Of a stretch of 64,000 bases of DNA, positions 50,967-61,100 are shown piece by piece; the first letter of the stretch is position 1; each line of letters starts with the position of its first letter. The notes under the pieces are model-generated. The model made no database searches. It was not told the origin of the DNA and saw only the letters and a program-made list of their open reading frames with translations. A program made the translations under genes and the position numbers. Source of the DNA: Candidatus Caccovivens sp. (GTDB lineage: Bacteria; Bacillota; Clostridia; Christensenellales; UBA1242); NCBI GenBank assembly GCA_051888935.1, contig JBJFCL010000039.1:9896-73895 (forward strand). The letters are read 5' to 3'.

Positions 50967-52055
50967 ATGAAGATAAAACATATCATTTTAAGTATAACTT
51001 TGGCAGTGTTAGGCATTTTTACAACATTGTCACTTTCAGGTTGTGGAGAGGTGAGTTTGGATACTCTCCAAAGTAATTTCGAGAAATTGGACGCCACATA
51101 TGCAAAATATTCAGAAGTATTTACAACTGGCGTTTGTGAAAGCATGAACACAAAATATCTTGTTGATTATGGCGACATTGTCAATGGTTATGTGTCGGAA
51201 AACAAAGAGGAATATCGAGAACTTTCCAGAGTTTATAATATCACTTTGGCAATTTCCAGCGACTATATAGACAACAACAAGTCTTATATACTTAATTTTA
51301 GCGAAGAAAATTTAAACGAAAATTCAAAAGAATGTGTAAAAGCACTAAATGAAAGTTTGGAGGATTACACAAACAGTATTGAAAAATTTGTCAGTGCAAG
51401 AAAATCATTAATTACTCATTTTGAACAGTTTAATGGACAACTTGAAGAAAAAGACAATTTGGCGTTTTTAAGAAAATTTAAAAAGCAATATGGTGCACTT
51501 GTTGAAAAGAATGTGATTCTTTCCACAAATTTAGCAAAAAGTGTTGAATCTACGGAAATTTTTGATATTTTGAAGCGTGGAACGCCTATTGCAAACGACA
51601 CAAAGATAATAAAAGAATATATTCGTGCAAAATTACTTCCAATTTTCAGTGAATTTAAAATTACTGAAATGGAAAACAACCTTTATTGGGGAGCATATAG
51701 CAGTATTAGCACACCAGCAAAACAAAGAATCGACGATCTTATGGCAGAATTGGACAACGAATTTGAAGACTATAAATCGAAATTTGTTGATGGAAACGAA
51801 AACTTCAAGGTTATGACAAAAGATGAAATGAGCGATTTGTTGGATATAGTTGATGAATTTTTGGTGGAGGCGAATAGTTATTTTCAATCGTTGCACGGCT
51901 TTGATGTCAGTGCACTTGTAGAGAATTGCGACATTGACCTTGAAGAATACAAAAAAACCAACATTTATGCAGAGATATATTTGCAAAAAATGGAACAATT
52001 TATTGAAATTTCACTTGGAAATTTTACTGACAATGTACTTTCATACATTTATTAA
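50967..52055 (+). CDS. lipoprotein, unknown function
   Basis: ATG at 50967 after AAGAGGTGGG; the ORF-track start at 50913 overlaps the upstream gene. Lipobox in MKIKHIILSITLAVLGIFTTLSLSGC. Confidence 0.6.
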   Translation: MKIKHIILSITLAVLGIFTTLSLSGCGEVSLDTLQSNFEKLDATYAKYSEVFTTGVCESMNTKYLVDYGDIVNGYVSENKEEYRELSRVYNITLAISSDYIDNNKSYILNFSEENLNENSKECVKALNESLEDYTNSIEKFVSARKSLITHFEQFNGQLEEKDNLAFLRKFKKQYGALVEKNVILSTNLAKSVESTEIFDILKRGTPIANDTKIIKEYIRAKLLPIFSEFKITEMENNLYWGAYSSISTPAKQRIDDLMAELDNEFEDYKSKFVDGNENFKVMTKDEMSDLLDIVDEFLVEANSYFQSLHGFDVSALVENCDIDLEEYKKTNIYAEIYLQKMEQFIEISLGNFTDNVLSYIY

Positions 52056-52070
52056 TATTAGGAGAAAATA

Positions 52071-53702
52071 ATGGATTACAAAAAACTTGCTGACTTGTTG
52101 TTTGGCGATAACAAACTTACTGTTGAAGAGATTGAGGAAAAATATCCTAAGAGAGAACTGAAAAGTGGTGCTCATGTGACGCGTTTTGCCCCAAGTCCAA
52201 CTGGCTATATGCATTTGGGCGGATTTTTTCAGGCTCTTATTGATTACAATCTTGCCAAACGCAGTGGCGGAGTGTTTTATTTGAGAATTGAGGATACTGA
52301 CCAAAAAAGAGAAGTTGCTGGCGCAAGTGCAATTATTATGGGAATTTTGACGGAATATGGACTGACGCCTGATGAATACGAACTTAAAGGTGGTGTGACT
52401 GTTGGGGATTATGGTCCTTATTATCAAAGTGAACGCAAAGAAATTTATAAAGCGTATGCAAAAAAACTTGTAAGTGAAGGGAAAGCGTTTCCATGTTTTT
52501 GTCGCAAAACAGAAGGTCTTTCCGATGTCAAAGAGAAGCGCGAAAAGAAATTTGCAGTTGGAATAAATGAAGATAAAGACCCTTGTCGAAATTTGACTTT
52601 GGAACAGGTTGAACAAAATCTTAAAGAGGGAAAAAAGTTTGCCATAAGATTGAAATCTCAGGGCGACGGCACAAAGAAGATTAAATTTGTGGACGGAGCA
52701 AAGGGCGAAGTGGAAATTTTGGAAAACTACTTAGATGCCATTCTCTTGAAAGATGACATGATGCCGACCTATAATTTTGCGCATGCTGTCGACGATACTC
52801 TTATGGGAACGACGGTTGTTGTGCGAGGAGAAGAATGGTTGCCATCTTATCCGTTGCATGCTGAAATTTTTAATGCTCTCGGATTCAAACAACCAAAATA
52901 TATTCATTCGCCACTTATTTACAAACTCAATGAAAAAGGTAATAAAAATAAGATATCGAAGCGCAAGCACCCAGAGGCAGACATGAGATTTTTCGATAAA
53001 GAAGGATATGAAAAGCGTGCAGTGATTGAATATCTTATGAATTTAATAAATTCAAATTTTGAATCTTGGAGAAAAATAAATCCGACTGCTGACATTATGG
53101 AATTTCCTTTTAACGCGTTCAAAATTACGGCAAACACACCAATTTTTGATTTTGTGAAACTCAACGATGTGTCAAAAGAAATAATTTCAAGATATACTGC
53201 CGAAGAGTGCTATAACGAACTTCTTGCTTGGGCAAGAGAATATTCTTTGGAAAATGTGGATTATCTTGTGAAAGATAAAGAATATGTCACAAAAATTTTG
53301 AATATCGACCGAGAAAAACCAAAACCAAGAAAAGATATATACAAATGGAGTATGTTTTTTGATTTGTTCGATTATATGTTTGGAGTTCCTGCACATTATG
53401 AACTTGAAGAGGTAAATAAGCACAATTTTGAAGAGGTTGTGAAAAATTATAAAAAATATATCAATCTTTCATCAAAAGATGCATGGTTTGAAAACATAAA
53501 AAAGATGTCTAAGGATTTTGGTTATGCAATCGACAACAAAGAATACAAAGCAAATCCAGACAAATTCAAAGGAAATGTTGCCACTGTTTGTGAATATTTG
53601 AGAGTGGCAATAACTGGCAGAAAAAATTCACCAGATTTGTATGAAATTATGACTCTTCTTGGAGAAAAAGAAGTGTTGGAAAGATTGTCTCAATTTGCGT
53701 AA
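52071..53702 (+). CDS. gltX: glutamate--tRNA ligase (long form)
   Basis: 543 aa. RFAPSPTGYMHLGG is the class I HIGH region, followed by YLRIEDTDQKRE and the KMSKS-equivalent KISKRK. Confidence 0.8.
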   Translation: MDYKKLADLLFGDNKLTVEEIEEKYPKRELKSGAHVTRFAPSPTGYMHLGGFFQALIDYNLAKRSGGVFYLRIEDTDQKREVAGASAIIMGILTEYGLTPDEYELKGGVTVGDYGPYYQSERKEIYKAYAKKLVSEGKAFPCFCRKTEGLSDVKEKREKKFAVGINEDKDPCRNLTLEQVEQNLKEGKKFAIRLKSQGDGTKKIKFVDGAKGEVEILENYLDAILLKDDMMPTYNFAHAVDDTLMGTTVVVRGEEWLPSYPLHAEIFNALGFKQPKYIHSPLIYKLNEKGNKNKISKRKHPEADMRFFDKEGYEKRAVIEYLMNLINSNFESWRKINPTADIMEFPFNAFKITANTPIFDFVKLNDVSKEIISRYTAEECYNELLAWAREYSLENVDYLVKDKEYVTKILNIDREKPKPRKDIYKWSMFFDLFDYMFGVPAHYELEEVNKHNFEEVVKNYKKYINLSSKDAWFENIKKMSKDFGYAIDNKEYKANPDKFKGNVATVCEYLRVAITGRKNSPDLYEIMTLLGEKEVLERLSQFA

Positions 53703-53820
53703 AAAATATTTGAAAAAAATAATTAAAAAAATAAAATATTATTAAAAATTTAATTTTTTATTAAAAAATGCATTATTTTTGCAATTTTTAATTAAAAATA
53801 AATAATTTTTGGAGAAAAAT

Positions 53821-54876
53821 ATGAAAAAAATTATTCTTACAGGAGACAGACCGACAGGCAATTTGCATATTGGTCATTATGTTGGTTCAATAGCAAACAG
53901 ATTAAGGTTGCAGGAAGAGGGAGACTTTGAAAAGTTTTATATCATGATTGCAGACACGCAAGCGCTGACTGACAATGCAGACAATGTTGACAAAGTAAAA
54001 AACAATATTATCCAAGTGGCAATCGATTATTTGTCAGCAGGAATTGACCCAAACAAAGTCAACATTTTTATTCAATCACAAGTGCCAGAACTTGCTGAAA
54101 TGACCATGTACTTTATGAATTTGGTTACAGTTGCAAGACTTAATCGTAATCCAACCGTAAAAGATGAAATGAAGCAAAGAGGTTTTTCTTCTTCAATTCC
54201 GGTAGGTTTTTTGTGCTATCCTATCAGTCAAGCATCTGATATTGTTGCTTTCAACACAACTTGTGTACCTGTTGGAGATGACCAACTTCCAATGTTGGAA
54301 CAAACTCGTGAAATTGTGCGAAGTTTTAACAACACTTATGGCGAAGTTTTGACACTCCCAGAGCCATTTTTGCCAGATAATAAGGCGTGTTCGCGTCTTG
54401 TTGGCACAGATGGGGGACTTAAAATGAGTAAGTCTGCTGGAAATTGTATTTATTTAAAAGATGAACCAGAAATAATAAAGCAAAAAGTTATGAACTGCTA
54501 TACCGACCCAAATCATATCAAAGTTTCTGACCCAGGACAAGTTGAAGGGAATGTTGTTTTTGCTTATCTTGATGCATTTGCAAGACCTGAGCATTTTGAA
54601 AAATATCTTCCAGAATACAAAGATTTGGATGAACTTAAAGCGCATTACCGCAAAGGTGGTTTGGGTGATGTCAAGATAAAATTGTTTTTAAACAATATCT
54701 TGCAAGAGCTTTTGGAACCGATTAGAACCAGAAGAAAAGAACTTGAAAAAGACATAGACGGCATATATCGCATGCTTTTTGAAAATGCAAAGTCTGCTCG
54801 GGAAGTGGCTTCTGCGACTCTATCTCGAATGAAAAAAGCTATGGGAATTGATTACACAAAATTTTTACAAAAATAA
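53821..54876 (+). CDS. trpS: tryptophan--tRNA ligase
   Basis: ATG at 53821 after GGAGAAAAAT. GDRPTGNLHIGHYVG (HIGH), IADTQALTDN and KMSKSAGN. No T-box-like leader in the 118-nt AT-rich upstream spacer. Confidence 0.88.
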   Translation: MKKIILTGDRPTGNLHIGHYVGSIANRLRLQEEGDFEKFYIMIADTQALTDNADNVDKVKNNIIQVAIDYLSAGIDPNKVNIFIQSQVPELAEMTMYFMNLVTVARLNRNPTVKDEMKQRGFSSSIPVGFLCYPISQASDIVAFNTTCVPVGDDQLPMLEQTREIVRSFNNTYGEVLTLPEPFLPDNKACSRLVGTDGGLKMSKSAGNCIYLKDEPEIIKQKVMNCYTDPNHIKVSDPGQVEGNVVFAYLDAFARPEHFEKYLPEYKDLDELKAHYRKGGLGDVKIKLFLNNILQELLEPIRTRRKELEKDIDGIYRMLFENAKSAREVASATLSRMKKAMGIDYTKFLQK

Positions 54877-54896
54877 AAAACATTAAAATATCACTT

Positions 54897-54930
54897 AAAA
54901 ATCACAAAAAAATTGTGATTTTTTTATTAT
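54897..54930 (+). terminator. intrinsic terminator of trpS
   Basis: AAAATCACAA-AAAAAA-TTGTGATTTT hairpin followed by a T-run. Confidence 0.7.
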
Positions 54931-55150
54931 TTTTTAAACTTTTAAGAATATTTTTAATTTTTTATTTATTTTTATTTTATTTAATTTTTTTCACTTTACA
55001 TTTATGATAAAATCCGAAATTATATATATATTAAATTATATATAATTTATTTTCTTTATTTGTTTGCAGAGAGACATAAAATTGTTGTAAAATATTAATG
55101 TAAACGAATTTGTGTTTGACATTAGTTTTGAAAAGGCCAAGGAGAATTAA

Positions 55151-58100
55151 ATGAAAAAGAAATCTGTATTTTTCACCTTGTTAATTTGTGTATTGAGCGT
55201 CTTTGGGGCGTTTGGATTTTTTGATGTGAATTTTGCTTCTGCAACAAGCACATCTGCAAGTGTTTGGGACGGGGAAAAACAAACCACACAACCTTCCGAC
55301 CTTGATTTTTACATAGATGGAGCAAAATATTACATAAGAAGTGCGAAAGGGTTGGCTTATTTTGCCAATACTATAAACACAAAGTCGGGATATCAAACTT
55401 ATAGCGGTTGCACAATTTATCTTGAAACGGACATTGACTTGTACAATAAGTCTTGGATTGAAACAAAGTTTTGGACTCCAATTGGAAACGAGACTCAATA
55501 TTTTCAAGGAACTTTTGATGCGCAAAATCACACAATTTTCAATTTAAACGTAAGCACAGCAGATGGAAATTATGCTGGGCTTTTTGGTTTTACAACTGGA
55601 ACGATTAAAAATTTAAAAATCAAAAATGCAAATATTTCATCTTCTGTCAAATATGTTGGCGTGATTGCAGGTGGTGTGGGACTAAGCACATCCTCCTCTC
55701 AAAGAAGAATTGAAAAATGTGCAGTTGGAGGAAGTATAACAATAAACTCAACTAACACAAATGTTGGTGGTTTGGTGGGTTGTGTAAACAAATCCACAAT
55801 TTATCGTTCATTTTCGGAAGTTGTTATCAATGGTGGTACAGCAAGTGAAAATTCAATAGGTGGGATTGTGGGATTTGCAAATGCAAGCACAATAGACCAA
55901 TGTTATAATGCTGGAAACATTACAACTACATCACAATCAAAAGGTTACGCTGGTGGAATTGTGGGCGAAACAACCACTGGCAATGTCACAATAAACAATT
56001 CTTATAACACCGCAAATGTTGCAGGCTTTGCGAATGCTGGCGGAATTGTGGGTAGAAACGAAGGAAGTCTAACTTTGAAATTCGTTTATAACACTGGTGA
56101 AATTTCTGCGACAAATTGTGGAGGAATTATCGGTTTTAACAATTCTCAGGCAAGCATTTTAAATGCGATGAATTTGAATGAAAACGTGCAAAACCTTTAC
56201 AACGAAAACAGTTCTGCTTCAACCGATGAAACAAATGTATATAATTATGTCAACATACAAACTTTGGCAAAAACTCGGGAATTTTACACAAGCAACTATT
56301 TCTCGACCGATTGGGATTTTTCAACAGTTTGGAATATTTCAACAAGCAAAAACAACAGTCTGCCGTATCTGATTAATGTCAATTATTCAGCGGATAACGA
56401 TGTTGACTATTCTTTTGAAACTACACTAAAAGGTTCAGGAATTGCTGGTGACCCTTATCAAATATACACTGCTGGTGATTTGGGTTGGTTGTCCTTTAAT
56501 TATTCAAATTTTTCGGGCAAATATTTTGCTCTTCAAAACGACATTGACCTTTCTGGCAAAACATGGCAACCAATTGGAGATAGCACAATTCCATTTTCTG
56601 GTGTATTTGATGGAAATGGATACACAATTTCCGGAATGACTTGCTCACTTCAAGAACAATTTGGTTGGCATGGTCTTTTTGGTGTGACAGGCGATGCGGT
56701 CATCAAAAATTTGACGGTTTCTGATGTAAAAATAATAAACTCTGGCAATGCCAACACCATAAAAGATTATGAAGGTTACATGGGGTCTTTTGTTGGAGAA
56801 ATAAAAGGGAACACCTATATCATAAACTGTACAGATCGCTCAGGAATAAGCGATTTGTGGACTGTGCGTCATGTTGATGGTGGAACTCTTTATGCCATCT
56901 ACGGAAAACGAAATGCCAATTTGGACGGACTGGTCGATGAAACTACTTTGAAACTTGGAACAAATACCGTCACAAAAGGTTACGATATTGAAATTTTTGG
57001 TGATAAAGGAAATTTCTACAAACCAGATGGGTCAATTTATATGGGAACCTATCATATTTTGGCAGATAAGAGTTTGACCAAAGTTATTGATGTAACTGCG
57101 ATAGACTCCACATTTGGACAAGGAGCGCAAAGCGATGACTTTGGAATGCTTCCAACCACTTCGGAATATTTTGGAAAACAAGATGTTCTTATAAAACGCG
57201 GTTACAAATTGGATGGATACAAATACAATTATTCAGGCAATACCGTGGAAGGTTCACTTTCACCAAATAATATTGTGCTTGGACTTACTGCTGTTTGGAA
57301 AGAAAGAACGATAACTTTGACTGTGGATTATAATTCATATGAAAGGGACAATTTTGGAGCAACGGAAACTGTTACAAAAGAATTGGTCGTAGAATATGAC
57401 TCATTTGTGGGAGATTATCCAAAAATTTATGAAAGCCCTGTAACAAGAAAAGGATTTGAAATTGAAGGAATTTATAAAGAGTACAAAGATAAAGAATTTT
57501 CAAATTTAATTGTTGAGAATGCTTTTATCAATGATTCTTATTCAAAAACTCTTTTTGCAAAATGGATTGGCAAAGACACTGACGATGCAAAAAGTCAGAT
57601 TAGGATTGTGTTCAACAAAACAGAAGACATCTTTGCAGATAATTTTGATATTTCCGATGCTGTTAAATCAGTGAAATTAAACAATTCAAGCGGACAAAAT
57701 TCAATTTCAGGTACTTTGAGCGGAAATGGTGTATCAATCGACTATAACACGCTTTATAGTGATTCCGTTGACAACTGGCTCAACTTAAAGTTGGAATTAA
57801 ATGACGGATATGAATTTGCCGGCGATGTGTTTTATGATGGATTGCATAGTTCAATTGACCCAAAATTTGGTGTTTTGACCTTGACCGGATATACTTCTGT
57901 TGACAGTGATACTAAAATGCCATATGTAAATGGAATTCAAGGATTCAACAATGTTAAATTTTATAATCTTTCGGGTGACTATACAATAAACATCTCTCTT
58001 AAAAGAAGTTCTTATTCAAACACAATAACCATTGGAAATGGCGTGGTTTTCGGTGTTGCACCAAACTTGGTTGAGACAAATCAAGAGGGAAAAATTCAAC

Positions 58101-61100
58101 CTCAGGCACTTATGAATGAAACTTTTATTTATAATTTTTATAGTGGTGCAAATGAAAATTTGAGCAGTGCTTTCGGATTTAGCAAAGACAATGTTTTTGT
58201 GGGTTATGATTTTGAAAACAACAAAATTCTTACATCAAACACCATATATGACGCAAACACTCTTGACACAAAATATACCAATGGCAGTCAAATAAGACTG
58301 ACATATGGAGTTGACACTGCTAGATATTTTGTTTACGAAATGACCACAGAGACAATTGACGGAAAAGAAACAAGGATTGTGACCTTATACGAGACAAACG
58401 CAAGTTGGGAAAGTTTTGAAAAAATTGTCACATTATCGACATCAGATGATATTAACTACAAAGCAGAATGGCTTTCAAAGTCAAGTTACACATACATTTT
58501 TTCCACAGAAGACGACAACTTGGTGTTTAACAACATAACTCCATTAAATTATATGTCTGATGACAATAAGATGTATGGCAATAACAATAAAGAAACAAAA
58601 TTTTTAATGAGTTTTACAGATATCAATGCTCTTCTAAACGAACAAAATCAAGTACAAAACATTCAAGCAGTTACTGCATACACAAAAGCTGTTTTCAATT
58701 ACAATTTTGTGGAAAAAGTTGGAGACGAATTGCGTCCAATTGAAAATGCTCCAATTTTTACCACACAAGAAACAGCAAAAGATATATCAGAAAATGGAAC
58801 GCTTGCATTTTCGTTTGAGGCATCACGCTACTATAAATTTGCAAGTGACGAAGAGATATCTTTATATAATAAATATAATGTTTCAAATTATAATCTAAAA
58901 TTTGTTGTATCAAATGTTTCAGATGATAGTGACAAATCATGGGAAAAGACATTTAATGATACAAACTACAAATCAAATGAATATTTCCAAAATATTTTAA
59001 CAGATGCTTCGACAGCAAATCCTTCAATGAATTTTATTAAAGGAACAAGAGATGAAAGCACAAAGGAATTTGCTCCGGACACCTTTACTTTTGAATTGCC
59101 TTTTGCTCAAAATGGATTGAAGGCGGGATATTATGAAGTTTATATTGTCTGCGAACCAGTTTTATATCAATTGGGAATTGACACACAGTTTGTGGATTAC
59201 AGCAAGACAATTAACGGAGAAAGACCAACCACATTTGAAGATGAAACAGGACATGGAATAATCACAACCGCAAGCAATTTGTCAAACGCACAAAGCAACA
59301 TGGAAGATATCTTATATTCCGACGAAATTTCAATCTCGACAACTCTTGGCGAAAACGAAGCATATGAATTTTATGGTTGGTATTTTGAAGGAGAAAATTA
59401 TTGTGGATATATTGATATCAAAGATATAAATTATTCATTTATTTATAACGATAGATATTTAAGTAATTTAGAAAATAATAATGGAACGCGATATGGTTTA
59501 AATATTACTGCCGTTTACACAAAAAAAGAAGCCAAAGTTGAAATTTCTGACCGAGTTGTTTTGTACGATGAAAACGGGAGCGGTGTGGAGCAAGAATATA
59601 ATGCAACAAATCTACAACTTGCATTCAGTTTGAATAAACAAAATGTTTACAACTATAAAATTGAAGACGAAAAAGATACGTCGTTGCATGGTTTACAAAT
59701 TTCAAAGACTGGCAATCATGCAGATGGATATTATATTCTTGGTTGGGAATTAAGAAGCGGGAATGAAGTTGTTGAAAGATATCTGCCAGAAGCAGATGAA
59801 GTGTTGGATGTTTTTGATTTATATGAACTTGTAAAAAATCAAATCGAAAATGGACAAACAGACAGTAGTCACACATTTACTCTTGTTCCTATTATCAAAC
59901 AAAAGAGTGTGGAAATTTATTTTCATTCCGGAGCAATTGGAGATTATAAACAAGGAAAAGATGGTCATGTTTTTGATGTAAATAAAACTGAAACAACGGA
60001 TAGTGTTTATAGTTATAGTACATTGTTTAAGAACTCTACAATTTATCTTGGGGAAGAACTCAATGGTGTTGTTATGGACAACCAATTTGCAAGTCGAACT
60101 GGTTACCATATGCCAAGCAACAATTATTGGAACTGGGTTGACAAAAACAACTCTGAAAATAAAGGAACTTTAAATGGCTCATCAGTTACGCTTTCAGCAA
60201 GATTTTTTGCATACGGACAAATGAAGGCAGAGTTGCATTTCTATCGAGTTTGGGAAGCAAATGAATATTATGTCAAATTTAATGGCAATGGTGCAACAAG
60301 TGGAAGCATGTCGCGTCAAACATTAACTTATGACACAGCAAGTTTGCTAAATTCAAACAAGTTTGCAAGAGCAGGATATGAATTTGCTGGTTGGGCGACC
60401 GAGTCTGAGGGAGAAAAAGTTTACGACAATCAAGAAAGTGTTGAAAATTTGTCTGATGGCAATGGTGCAGAAGTGGAACTTTTTGCCGTTTGGACACCTA
60501 AACAATATAAGATTAGAATCTTTACAAATGGTGCAGAGAGTTTCAATGGTGAAAATATAGTTTTTGATGAGCAATTGACAAACGCTTATGATGAGACAAT
60601 AACATTTGCCAATACCTTTAATGAAATCAACATTGATTCATTTAATGCTGAAAGAAGTGGGTATAAATACTCGGGTATTTACACAAAAAATAAAACCAAA
60701 ATCACAAACAGTACAATTTTTGACAACAATTTGTATGGTTTCAATTTTAATGATGATTATGTGTTAAGTTTGTATATTGGTTGGGAATTTGACACTTCAA
60801 AGTTGTCACTTGGTGGCGTAAATTCAAACTTGGGAACTTTGGTTTACAATGCATATGACCAAACTATTGAACTTTCACAAGCTTTTAAAAATGCCATTAC
60901 AAATGGATATGTTGTTGATAAAGACGAATATGAACATCTTGTTATCAGTATGCCTGAAAACTGGCACACAAGCGTTTTGTTAACTCTCACAAGCACACAG
61001 ATTGGTCTTGTTGAAAATGCTCGAAACACTTTCTTTAAAGTTAAAGATGCGGGTTCTTATTATGTGAATCTGGAAATTTCGCTGAAAGATGAAACTGAAT

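Noticed and set aside
53703-53820. Regulatory leader (T-box or Trp attenuator) upstream of trpS
   Set aside because: The spacer is 118 nt of nearly pure A/T with no stems, no Trp codons in a leader ORF and no T-box motif.
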